A stretch of 64,000 bases of DNA from an uncultured Verrucomicrobiae bacterium (GTDB lineage: Bacteria; Chlamydiota; Chlamydiia; Chlamydiales; Rhabdochlamydiaceae): NCBI GenBank assembly GCA_963806855.1, contig CAWDYW010000003.1:512001-576000 (forward strand). Direction: 5' to 3'. This document shows positions 37,944 to 47,083 of this stretch, piece by piece (within the stretch, counting starts at the first letter, position 1; the number at the start of each line of letters is the position of its first letter). Position numbers and translations under genes: made by a program. The notes beneath the pieces were generated by a model that saw only the letters and a list, made by a program, of their open reading frames with translations, had not been told where the DNA came from and did not search any database.

Positions 37944-40064
37944 ATGAACGTCGGCGAAGAGAAAAAAAGGCTACATTGGAAGGATTGGCTCGGGGATGGC
38001 CATTTTGGGAAACGTCTTGCCGTCGCATTATTCTTTTTTTTATCTCTGGCCCTGTTTCTGCACTTTAGAGAGGTGCGGATGGAGGTCCTCGAACAGGGGA
38101 CCATTGCCGATCAGTACATCATCGCCCAGGTCGATTTTGAATTTGCCGATGAAGATGCGACGCTGGTGATCAGGCAGCAATCGGTACGCGATGTTGGATC
38201 GATCTATCGGATCAGCGACAAGCAGCTGAGGCAGATCCGCTCCGATTTTGGGAGCTATCTGCTCACACGGCAAGATTGGCGCGACAAATTAAAGCAGACC
38301 ACTTTTGATGAGCTCTACCGGGGGGCCGATGCACTAGAAGACGCGCTCGCCGATGCCCGCTTTACCAATCAGCGGACGATTCAAAAGATGAAGGATTATG
38401 GCCTCATCACCGATAATTATTACCCATTTACACCTGAAAATATTCAAGAGCCAGCGATCCTGCCAAACACCTTTTGGCGACAGCTGCGCGACAAGGTCTT
38501 CGCTTCGAAAAATGTCAATCCTGAAACAGCCAGCTTTATTTTGGAGTCGTTTGAGAATCAAACTTGGAATTTGCAGCTCGATGGAGTCTCAGAGCGAAAC
38601 TTGCGGCAGCTCATCCAAGAAAAAGTTCCTGTTCAATATACTCAGGTCAATGCGGGCAATCACATCATCGATCCTGGTGAAAAAGTGACGAGTCGTCATC
38701 TGGCGATGTTGCAGGCAATGAAAACTGCCATAGCCAAGCAGCGCAACCTTTTCAGTATTCGGACGATTGTCGGTAGTTTGCTGATGTCGCTCTTGTTTAC
38801 TACCCTGAGTGTCATTTACTTTAGGATCAACCACCCTGCCATCCTCAATTCCGTCCGCAAAATGACCCTCCTGGTCACGGTGATCATTTTGACCTTGATC
38901 CTTGCCAAATGTTCCGAATATTTCTTGGTCAATCGGGGAACCTATTTAATTGAATTCTTCCGCTATCCGGTGATTGTCCCCTTTGCTTCGATCTTGATCT
39001 TTGTCCTAGTCGGCTCCGAAGTGGCCCTCTTTGCCTCTGCGTTTTTAGCGATTGTCATTGGGGTGACCCTCGCCATCGACCACGACCGGTTTTTGATCAT
39101 CAACTTAATTGCCTCATGGGTGACAATTTTATTTGCCCGCAATATGCACAAGCGGAAAGAGGTCTTCACTGTGCTCGCAAAGGTGTGGCTTACTTGCTTG
39201 CCGGTGATCATTGCCTTTAATTTAGCTCAGAACTTCTTTGTCACGGCTCATATGCTCGAAGATGTGGTCAGCTCGCTCATTTTCATCACGCTGATTGCCG
39301 TTCTGGTCATCGGGCTCTTGCCGCTGCTCGAGTCGGTTTTCCATGTGATGACCGATATGACGCTCATGGAATATATGGACCCCAACAACGAGTTGCTCCG
39401 CCGCCTCAGCGTCGAGGCCCCAGGGACCTATCAACACTGTCTGGTGGTGGGGAATTTAGCGGAGAGTGCCGCTCGGGCGATTGGGGCAAACGGATTATTC
39501 TGCCGCGTCGCCACCCTTTATCACGACATCGGAAAACTCTTTAACCCCCACTATTTTACCGAAAATCAGCTCGGCGGATTCAATATTCACCAGCTGCTCA
39601 CCCCTCTCGAATCGACCCAGGTGATCATCGCCCACGTCCCAGAAGGGGAGGCTCTGGCTCGCAAGTACCGGCTTCCTCAGAGCTTCATCGACATCATCCG
39701 GGAACACCACGGCACAACCCTCGTCTATTATTTCTATCACAAACAGCTCCAGCAGATGGGAGGGGATGAATCGAAGGTCGATGAAAAACTCTTCCGCTAT
39801 CCTGGACCCAAACCCCATACAAAAGAATCGGTCATCATCATGCTGGCCGATTCAGTCGAAGCGACATCTCGATCGCTCGATGAGATCACCGAAGAGGCGC
39901 TCAATGCGATGGTCGAGAGGCTGGTGAAGGAAAAAACCGACGACGGCCAGCTCGACGACTGCCAGCTCACTTTTGAGGAACTGGGGATCGTCAAGAAAAC
40001 CTTAGTGAAAACGCTCGCTATTTCTGGCCATTTGCGGGTCAAGTATCCCGAGAAGAAGAAGTAG
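37944..40064 (+). CDS. 7TM-HD (HDIG) phosphohydrolase, PgpH-like
   Basis: Extracytoplasmic domain, 7 TM segments, APGTYQH, YHDIGK, EHHGT, LADSVEA. Confidence 0.9.
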   Translation: MNVGEEKKRLHWKDWLGDGHFGKRLAVALFFFLSLALFLHFREVRMEVLEQGTIADQYIIAQVDFEFADEDATLVIRQQSVRDVGSIYRISDKQLRQIRSDFGSYLLTRQDWRDKLKQTTFDELYRGADALEDALADARFTNQRTIQKMKDYGLITDNYYPFTPENIQEPAILPNTFWRQLRDKVFASKNVNPETASFILESFENQTWNLQLDGVSERNLRQLIQEKVPVQYTQVNAGNHIIDPGEKVTSRHLAMLQAMKTAIAKQRNLFSIRTIVGSLLMSLLFTTLSVIYFRINHPAILNSVRKMTLLVTVIILTLILAKCSEYFLVNRGTYLIEFFRYPVIVPFASILIFVLVGSEVALFASAFLAIVIGVTLAIDHDRFLIINLIASWVTILFARNMHKRKEVFTVLAKVWLTCLPVIIAFNLAQNFFVTAHMLEDVVSSLIFITLIAVLVIGLLPLLESVFHVMTDMTLMEYMDPNNELLRRLSVEAPGTYQHCLVVGNLAESAARAIGANGLFCRVATLYHDIGKLFNPHYFTENQLGGFNIHQLLTPLESTQVIIAHVPEGEALARKYRLPQSFIDIIREHHGTTLVYYFYHKQLQQMGGDESKVDEKLFRYPGPKPHTKESVIIMLADSVEATSRSLDEITEEALNAMVERLVKEKTDDGQLDDCQLTFEELGIVKKTLVKTLAISGHLRVKYPEKKK

Positions 40065-40794
40065 GGACACGTTCCGAAATCTGCTTTTTCTCTATCCGTT
40101 CGATGACAAAGTCTGGTACCACTCTGGTAATTAGAATCAGCAGCTTGTATCTCCAATCAAATAGATCAATCTTTTTTCCGGTTTCGATCTGTTTCCAAAT
40201 ATGTTTAGCAGCTACTTCAGCGGTCATAGTTCGTGAATCTGGCTTTTGAGGATACCCCTTTGCTGCCCGGGGACGGAATTTTGTCTCAATTTGTCCGGGG
40301 CAGGAGCAGAGAACTTTGATCCCTGTGTCGCGCAATTCAGCATTTAAGCCAAGGGAGAAGTATCTAACGAAGGCCTTCGTGGAGTGGTAGACATTGAACA
40401 GGGGAGAGTGGATATACCCTGCCGCAGAAGAAATATTGAGAATGGTCCCTTTTTGGCCCGCATCGACCATCGTTTTGGCTGCGTGAATGGAAATTTCAAC
40501 AAGCGCCTTGACATTCACCTCAATCATGTCGAGCTGATCTTGGATCTCCAGATCAACCGTATTGCCATAGAGTCCAAAGCCCGCATTGTTGATGACTAGA
40601 TCCGGTTTTTTTTCTGTAATGAGTTCCAATAATTTTTGTCTGCTGCCCCTCAGATCGATCGGGAGTGTCGAGTCGGTGCGACCTGTCGTGATGACCTCGA
40701 TCCCTTTTTCCTTTAATAACTTCACTAAAGCCGCGCCAAGGCCGCCAGTCGCACCTGTCACGAGCGCACATTTAAAAGAGGGCTTCGATTTCAT
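40039..40794 (-). CDS. short-chain dehydrogenase/reductase, copy 1
   Basis: TGATGGLG, NNAGFG, YHSTK. Confidence 0.92.
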   Translation of the reverse strand: MKSKPSFKCALVTGATGGLGAALVKLLKEKGIEVITTGRTDSTLPIDLRGSRQKLLELITEKKPDLVINNAGFGLYGNTVDLEIQDQLDMIEVNVKALVEISIHAAKTMVDAGQKGTILNISSAAGYIHSPLFNVYHSTKAFVRYFSLGLNAELRDTGIKVLCSCPGQIETKFRPRAAKGYPQKPDSRTMTAEVAAKHIWKQIETGKKIDLFDWRYKLLILITRVVPDFVIERIEKKQISERVPTSSSRDT

Positions 40795-40992
40795 CTAAAA
40801 TCCTTTGAGTTCTTTTAATCCCTATATCAATTGTGGTGAATTTTAGCTCGTAAATCCCGACATAGACTTTGAGCTTTGGTTCGCTCCTGGCGCAACTTTT
40901 CCATTTCCGCACGTCTCAAATCAAACACCCTAGTGAAAACGCTCGCTATTTCTGGCCATTTGCGCGTGAAGTACCCTGAGAAGAAGAAGTAA
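40795..40992. repeat. duplication junction: pgm 3' remnant joined to a 7TM-HD 3' remnant
   Basis: 40795..40930 matches 41720..41956 but lacks 41808..41908; 40931..40992 matches 40003..40063. Confidence 0.92.
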
Positions 40993-41719
40993 GTCTCTTA
41001 GTCCACATTTTTTTCTCGATCCTTTCAACGATTACATCTGGGATCAGCTTGGAAAACACAACCAGTAACTTGTACCGCCAGTCAAATAGCCAAATCCTTT
41101 TGCCACTTTCGATCTGCTTCCAAATCGTGTTTGCAACGAATTCCGTAGACATCGCTCCTAGTTCGGTCTTTTTTTGAGCCCCCTTAGTTGCTCGGAACGC
41201 AAATTTGGAGTCGAATCTCCCCGGACAGGTACACAGGACTTTGATCCCCTGATTGCGCAGCTCTGCATTAAAGCCGAGGGAGAAAGATTTGACGAAGGCT
41301 TTTGTAGCGTGATAGACATTGAACATGGGAGAGTAGAGATAGGCCGATACAGAGGATACGTTGAGAATCGTCCCTTTTTGACCAGCCTTGACCATTGTTT
41401 TGGCGGCGTGGATAGAAATTTCAACAAGCGCCTTGTCATTCACCTCAATCATGTCGAGCTGCTCTTGGATCCCGAGATCAATCGAATTGCCAAGGAAACC
41501 AAAGCCTGCATTGTTGATGACTAGATCTGGTTTTTTTTCTGTAATGAGTTCTAATAATTTTTGTCTGCTGCCTCTCAGATCGATCGGCAGCGCCGAGTCA
41601 GTGCGATCTGTCGTGATGATTTCGATCCCTTTTTCCTTTAATAACTTAACTAAAGCTGCGCCGAGGCCAGTTGTCGCTCCGGTCACGAGTGCACATTTAA
41701 AAGAGGGCTTCGATTTCAT
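40946..41719 (-). CDS. short-chain dehydrogenase/reductase, copy 2
   Basis: TGATTGLG, NNAGFG, YHATK; close paralog of copy 1. Confidence 0.92.
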   Translation of the reverse strand: MKSKPSFKCALVTGATTGLGAALVKLLKEKGIEIITTDRTDSALPIDLRGSRQKLLELITEKKPDLVINNAGFGFLGNSIDLGIQEQLDMIEVNDKALVEISIHAAKTMVKAGQKGTILNVSSVSAYLYSPMFNVYHATKAFVKSFSLGFNAELRNQGIKVLCTCPGRFDSKFAFRATKGAQKKTELGAMSTEFVANTIWKQIESGKRIWLFDWRYKLLVVFSKLIPDVIVERIEKKMWTKRLTSSSQGTSRANGQK

Positions 41720-43304
41720 CTAGTATCCTTTGAGTTCTTCTAATCCCTATATCAATTGTGGTGAATTTTGGCTCGTAAATCCCGACATAGACTTTGAGCT
41801 TTGGTTCTGTTCCGGAGGGTCGAATGATGATTTTGCTACGATCGTCGAGCTGAAAAAAAATAAGATCTGCCGGATAGGAGATAAACCGCCCTGAAAATGC
41901 CTTGGGGAGCTCCTGGCGCAACTTTTCCATTTCTGCACGTCTCAAATCAAACACCCTTTGCTCTTCCCAATAAAGTCCATATTTTCGATAGATCTCCTTG
42001 AGAAAATCGACAAGTGTTTTTCCGGCGACCTTGAGCTCTAGAGCAATGTGGCAGATGAGACAGCTGGCAATGAGCGCATCTTTATCGTGGCAATAGGTGC
42101 CGTAAAGGTAGCCATACGACTCTTCTGCTCCAAATAGGAAATGGTGTTTTTTATCTCCTTCCCACTCTCGCATGAGCTCTCCAATATACTTGAAGCCAGT
42201 CAAGACCTTAAAGCAGTCGACTTTGTAACGCTCACAGATTGCCGAAAAGAGATCGGTGGAGACGATCGTCGTCACGGCGGCACTGCCAGGTGGCGGCCCC
42301 TTTTGGCACAAGAATTCAAGGCAAATGACGCCGATCTGATTGCCATTCAAAACCGTCGCGGCTCCCTGATGCATCACCGCTATCGCGACCCTGTCAGCAT
42401 CGGGATCGGTGGCGATTAAGATGTCTGACGCCGTATTTTGGAGTTGCTCTAGGCCCATCTGGAGCGCTTCCCGATTTTCGGGGTTAGGGCTTGCGACAGT
42501 GGGAAAATCGCCATCGGGCAAAAGTTGATGATCAACCGGATTGATATTGGAAAACCCCCACCGGAGCAGGGCCTTAGGCAGCAATTTAAAAGCAGCTCCA
42601 TGAAGAGGAGTATAGGTGATCTTCAGCTGATCTCCGATGTGGTGATTTTCTTTTGGATTGATTTGCAAAGCTTCCAGCGCACTCAGATATTCTTCATCAA
42701 ATTCCAGATCGAGGACTTGGATGAGGGGTTCGCTTTCAATTGAGAGCTTGATCTGCTCGAAATCGACCACTTTTTCCATTTCGGCGCTCAAGGCTATCTC
42801 CTGGGCTCCGACCACTTGCCCTCCATCGCTTCCATAGATCTTATAGCCGTTGTAGTTTTTCGGGTTGTGGGAGGCGGTGATCATGATCCCCAGACTGCAC
42901 CCTTTTTGCCTTACGCCGAAAGAGAGATAGGGAGTCGGACGAAACTCGGGCGTCAAATAGACCCCGATTCCATTAGAGGCAAGGACACGGGCAGCTTCTA
43001 TGGCAAATTCTTTTGAGTTGTGGCGCGTATCGTAACTGATGAAGACCCAGTGTCGCTCAAGACGGGGAGGTTGGCGGAGCAGATAGTTGGCGACCCCTTG
43101 CGTTGCCAGTTGCACCGTGTAACGGTTGAGACGGTTTGTCCCCACACCCATCAATGCTCGCAGCCCACCAGTCCCAAAGGAGAGGCGTTGGTGGAAAGCA
43201 TCGTTTAGATCGGCTGGGGAAAGTTTTCGAATTTCATCTTTGCTCTCTTGATCGAGGGGACCGTTGAGCCACTTCTGAACCCGTTTTTCTATATCTGGTG
43301 TCAT
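41697..43304 (-). CDS. phosphoglucomutase/phosphomannomutase
   Basis: FGTGGLR, ITASHNP, DPDADR, EESYG, RPSGTEPKLK. Confidence 0.94.
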   Translation of the reverse strand: MTPDIEKRVQKWLNGPLDQESKDEIRKLSPADLNDAFHQRLSFGTGGLRALMGVGTNRLNRYTVQLATQGVANYLLRQPPRLERHWVFISYDTRHNSKEFAIEAARVLASNGIGVYLTPEFRPTPYLSFGVRQKGCSLGIMITASHNPKNYNGYKIYGSDGGQVVGAQEIALSAEMEKVVDFEQIKLSIESEPLIQVLDLEFDEEYLSALEALQINPKENHHIGDQLKITYTPLHGAAFKLLPKALLRWGFSNINPVDHQLLPDGDFPTVASPNPENREALQMGLEQLQNTASDILIATDPDADRVAIAVMHQGAATVLNGNQIGVICLEFLCQKGPPPGSAAVTTIVSTDLFSAICERYKVDCFKVLTGFKYIGELMREWEGDKKHHFLFGAEESYGYLYGTYCHDKDALIASCLICHIALELKVAGKTLVDFLKEIYRKYGLYWEEQRVFDLRRAEMEKLRQELPKAFSGRFISYPADLIFFQLDDRSKIIIRPSGTEPKLKVYVGIYEPKFTTIDIGIRRTQRILDEIEALF

Positions 43305-43347
43305 AATTTGATGGTAGCAAATACATTCTATTTTGGTTGACCTTTTT

Positions 43348-43414
43348 TCAACGCAAAGACGCCAAGGCGCAAAGACGCAAAAAAATATTTTTTTTCTTTG
43401 CGCCTTTGCGTTGA
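43348..43414. mobile_element. gene-less copy of the GxxExxY-flanking inverted repeats (REP/REPIN-like)
   Basis: TCAACGCAAAGACGCCAAGGCGCAAAGACGC, an A/T spacer, then CTTTGCGCCTTTGCGTTGA. Confidence 0.8.
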
Positions 43415-43415
43415 A

Positions 43416-43817
43416 TTAATCTAAGTTTTTCAGAATTGTGCTCAGAGGGATGATAGGAGCTTCATCATTGATCCCTTCGCATCGCTGTGCGGTCTCTTCC
43501 CAGTCTTCTTTAGTCCTGACATTTTCACGCCAGAAGGGAAATGTGCGGCACTGTTTTGGCCTAGATTTGTAGAGGAGACATTTTTTTCCTCGAAGAAAGA
43601 CGCAGTCGAAAGTTTCAGGGTCTTCTTTTAGCGAAATTTCCCCTTCGACCAGTCGACAGTATTGTTTCGCAAAGTCTAGCACAGGCATGTCGAGCGCTTT
43701 GGCCATCTCGACGATCTCCTCTTCGGTGACCCAGACGAAGCCAGGAGATCCGGTGCAGCATCCGCCGCATTCAGTACACTTGAATCGAAGGCCATCTTTA
43801 TACCATGGTTCTGTCAT
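43416..43817 (-). CDS. YkgJ family cysteine-cluster protein
   Basis: FKCTECGGCC, CVFL, CLLY..RPKQCRTFPFW, C.GI. Confidence 0.92.
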   Translation of the reverse strand: MTEPWYKDGLRFKCTECGGCCTGSPGFVWVTEEEIVEMAKALDMPVLDFAKQYCRLVEGEISLKEDPETFDCVFLRGKKCLLYKSRPKQCRTFPFWRENVRTKEDWEETAQRCEGINDEAPIIPLSTILKNLD

Positions 43818-43818
43818 A

Positions 43819-43988
43819 AGACCTCTTGCATAATTTAGGTTCTGTCTATTTTAGGGTTCTTTTGAACCGATTTTCAATTCAAATTGCAGGGGTAATATCG
43901 GCCCCAGCATATGACCCCTGCAATTTGAATCGAAAATCGGCCAAAATAATCCCGAAAATCGACGAACCCTAAGTTATGCAAGAGGTCT
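43819..43988. mobile_element. 170-bp palindromic MITE-like element
   Basis: AGACCTCTTGCATAA...TTATGCAAGAGGTCT termini; inner stem CCGATTTTCAATTCAAATTGCAGGGGT / ACCCCTGCAATTTGAATCGAAAATCGG. Confidence 0.88.
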
Positions 43989-44844
43989 ATAACGAAAAAT
44001 CGTGGGTTTCATTTGCTTTCCAACCGCTGTCATACCGGTAGACAGAGAGCTTTAAGGCTCGGTTCTGTAAATCGAAGAGGTGACATGCTCCATTTTTGAT
44101 ATGGGGGGTCGAGCCCGTATCAGAGAGGATTGGCAGACGGTTTGGTCTAAGGTCTGCAACGGTTTGTCGATGGGAGTGGCCATGGAGATAGAGGAAGATA
44201 TTGGGATATTGGGTCAGGAGATTTTTCAATTGTGCTCCTCTGACCAGCTGCTTTTTTTCGACATCATTAAGGAAGAAGGGGAAATGATTGAGAAGGATGA
44301 TTGGATCGCGCGCTGGGATGGTTTCTAAAGCCCGTTTGAGATTTTCCTCAGCCTGGGGAGAGAAATAGCCCTGAGAGGAGGAAAGCGAGGTGGCGACAGC
44401 TGTATCGAGGGCTACGAGCCAATAACGGCCCCAGCGCATGTAGGTAACACGGTGATCTTTTAGATTGAGGGGGCAGCTCTGATCATATTGGCTATCAAAA
44501 AAGGTATAAAAACTCTTTTTCCGCTCACTCGCTTTGGTGTAATGGTCATGATTGCCCGGGATGGTGAAAACTTCAAAGCCTTCCTTTTTCAGTCGCTCGA
44601 TAAACCGCTTGGCTTTTGTGAATTCCCCCTTTCTTGAGGTGACCGAGAGATCGCCTGTGATGATCACGTGAGTAACCTGCTCAAGCTTAAAGAGATCGAT
44701 AAGCTCATTCAGGCGGGAATAGGCAAAATCTCTTCTTCGATTAAAAAGAAAATTGAAATTGCCGAGCCATCGTTTAGAAAAAAATTGAAACGGGCTTAGG
44801 CAAACCGAGCCAAAGTGCAAATCTGAAATATGGGCAAAGCGCAT
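43987..44844 (-). CDS. calcineurin-like metallophosphoesterase
   Basis: SDLH, TGD, PGNHD, HGHSH. Confidence 0.92.
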   Translation of the reverse strand: MRFAHISDLHFGSVCLSPFQFFSKRWLGNFNFLFNRRRDFAYSRLNELIDLFKLEQVTHVIITGDLSVTSRKGEFTKAKRFIERLKKEGFEVFTIPGNHDHYTKASERKKSFYTFFDSQYDQSCPLNLKDHRVTYMRWGRYWLVALDTAVATSLSSSQGYFSPQAEENLKRALETIPARDPIILLNHFPFFLNDVEKKQLVRGAQLKNLLTQYPNIFLYLHGHSHRQTVADLRPNRLPILSDTGSTPHIKNGACHLFDLQNRALKLSVYRYDSGWKANETHDFSL

Positions 44845-44867
44845 GGCTACCCATTATACCAGAAAAG

Positions 44868-45035
44868 GGCTCGACTTTGTACAATTTTTTGCGGCATCTC
44901 TGAGAGAATCGCTGGCAAACTATTCATTTATTCGCTCATTAATAGTGCCTTCGGCTATGAATTTCGCGAATAAATGAATATTTTGCCGAGCGCTTCCTCT
45001 GGATCTGCTTGCTAAAAATTTTACAAAGTCGAGCC
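44868..45035. mobile_element. 168-bp palindromic MITE-like element
   Basis: GGCTCGACTTTGTA...TACAAAGTCGAGCC termini; inner stem TATTCATTTATTCGC / GCGAATAAATGAATA. Confidence 0.85.
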
Positions 45036-45039
45036 GGGC

Positions 45040-45465
45040 CTATTTTTTTCTCTTGGCAGCTGGCGATTTCGAGGCTCTCTTGTCCATTTTAGAAGTCAGC
45101 GCCTTTGCTTTCCCAACAGATTGTTTGACAACGGTCTTTTCCCAAACCGCCCCTTCTCGATGCGAATAAGCTGGAGGAGAGCCATGCTGATGGGGCTCAG
45201 AGGGACTTGTCCTTTTAGAGACGGCCGCCTTGCGCTTTGTCTTTTTGATCTCCATCCCCTTGGCCACCTTTTCGACTAAAGGTTCAAGCGCTTTTTTGCT
45301 TTTAGTAGGATATTTCTTTAACGATTCGGCAGTTCGAAGTTTATCGGTGCGTGGCGCTTCCTCAGGTTCTGCATACATCTTCTGCGCTTTTTTCACCTCT
45401 TTTGCCTGATTTTTTCTTACTTTTTTATCAACTGACTTGCGATTCTTATTCATAATATCCTCCAA
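45040..45465 (-). CDS. basic (Lys-rich) hypothetical protein
   Basis: K/R-rich ORF; likely start at the ATG after GGAGG (about 45453). Confidence 0.65.
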   Translation of the reverse strand: MEDIMNKNRKSVDKKVRKNQAKEVKKAQKMYAEPEEAPRTDKLRTAESLKKYPTKSKKALEPLVEKVAKGMEIKKTKRKAAVSKRTSPSEPHQHGSPPAYSHREGAVWEKTVVKQSVGKAKALTSKMDKRASKSPAAKRKK

Positions 45466-45487
45466 AATATTGATCTTACATCATTGT

Positions 45488-47083
45488 TCAATTCTTTTCC
45501 TCAGGCGCTTCACCGATTAGACACTCTGAGAGGAGAATTACCCCTGCGGAAGAGATTGCAAATTTGAGCCCGTTTTTCACTGTTTTCAGCGGATCGCGAA
45601 TCCCAGCTTTGAACAGATCTTCCACCTTTCCTGTGCTTACATTGAACCCGATAGGATCTTTTTGATTTAAAATCTCCTCGAGAAAGAGAGAGCTATCGTA
45701 ACCGCTATTCGCGACCAGCTTTTTGAATGGGGTAGCACAAGCTTCAAAAGTGATCCGTGCACCAACCTCTTCGTCTTTGGTGAGTTTTATCTCTTTTTCA
45801 ACAGCTTTGCAGGCGCGTAGGAGCGCGATCCCACCGCCGACCACAATTCCCTCTTCAATTGCAGAGCGGGTCGAATTGAGGCTATCTTCAAAGACCTGTT
45901 TTTTCTGCTTTAGCTCAGTCTCTGTTGTTGCGCCAACTTTAATCACGGCGACTCCGCCCGAAAGTTTCGCTTTTCGCTCGTCCAATTTGGTTTTGTCATA
46001 GGAATTGGTCGTTTTTTCTGCCTCTGCAATGATCTGTTTAATCCGTTTCTGGATCGCTTTAGGCTCGCCCGCGCCGCCGATAATGGTCGTACGGTCCTTC
46101 GTGATGACAATTTTCTCCGCAGAGCCGATCATCGTGTTGTCGACATCTTTCAGAGCGGTTCCTGTCTCTTCTGAGACCAGGGTTGCTCCTGTAAGGATTG
46201 CCAGATCTTCTAGCATTGCTTTGCGTCTGTCGCCAAAACCAGGGGCTTTGACCGCGCAGACCTTCAGTTTGCCGCGGAGCTGGTTGATGACGAGCGTTGA
46301 GAGAGCATCTCCTTCAATATCGTCAGCGATAATCAGCAGCTCTTGTCCACTTGCTGCAGTTGCTTGCAAGAGGGGAAGGAGTTCTTGGACAGAGCCAATT
46401 TTTGCATCGGTAATCAGGATGAGGGGCTTATTCAATTCGCAGATCATTTTTTCGTGATTAGTGGAGAAATAGGCACTTAAATAACCACGATCAAATTGCA
46501 TTCCCTCGACCATCTCGATCGTCGTCTCGACCCCTTTGGCCTCCTCGATCGAAATGACCCCTGTTTTGCCCACCTTCTTAAACGCTTCGGCAATCAGCTT
46601 GCCCACCTCTTGAGCACCTGATGCAGAGGCAATGGCAATCTCTTCGATGTCGCTATCTTGCTTGATCGGCGTCGATTTCTTTTCCAGTTCGGAGACTATG
46701 GCTGCCGCTGCCTTTTCCATGCCCCGTTTGACCAGAATCGGGCTCGTGCCGGAGGCGATATTCTTAATTCCATTATCGACCAGCGCTCCGAGGAGCAAAA
46801 TGCTCGTTGTTGTCCCATCGCCGCAAGTCTCTTTCATTTTGGTCGCCATCTCTTTGCCGATGGAAGCGCCCATATTGGCATATTGGTTCTTCAGTACAAT
46901 GTCTTTCACAATGCTGTTGCCGTCGTTGGTGATTTGAGGAGCACCCCAGCCGGTGTCAAGGCCAACATAGCGTCCTTTGGGCCCCAGGGTCACGCCGACG
47001 ACATCGGTCAGTTCCTTGATCCCTTTGCGTAAGAATTCGCGTGCTTCTTCTTCGAAAATGAGCTCTTTGGCTTTGTCTGACAT
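45488..47083 (-). CDS. groEL: chaperonin GroEL (paralog without GGM tail)
   Basis: TLGPKGR, GDGTTT, EGMQFDRGYLS, KAPGFGDRRK. Confidence 0.95.
   Translation of the reverse strand: MSDKAKELIFEEEAREFLRKGIKELTDVVGVTLGPKGRYVGLDTGWGAPQITNDGNSIVKDIVLKNQYANMGASIGKEMATKMKETCGDGTTTSILLLGALVDNGIKNIASGTSPILVKRGMEKAAAAIVSELEKKSTPIKQDSDIEEIAIASASGAQEVGKLIAEAFKKVGKTGVISIEEAKGVETTIEMVEGMQFDRGYLSAYFSTNHEKMICELNKPLILITDAKIGSVQELLPLLQATAASGQELLIIADDIEGDALSTLVINQLRGKLKVCAVKAPGFGDRRKAMLEDLAILTGATLVSEETGTALKDVDNTMIGSAEKIVITKDRTTIIGGAGEPKAIQKRIKQIIAEAEKTTNSYDKTKLDERKAKLSGGVAVIKVGATTETELKQKKQVFEDSLNSTRSAIEEGIVVGGGIALLRACKAVEKEIKLTKDEEVGARITFEACATPFKKLVANSGYDSSLFLEEILNQKDPIGFNVSTGKVEDLFKAGIRDPLKTVKNGLKFAISSAGVILLSECLIGEAPEEKN

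Noticed and set aside
45488..47083. groEL lacking groES and the GGM tail as a novelty
   Set aside because: Multiple divergent groEL paralogs are well known in Chlamydiae.
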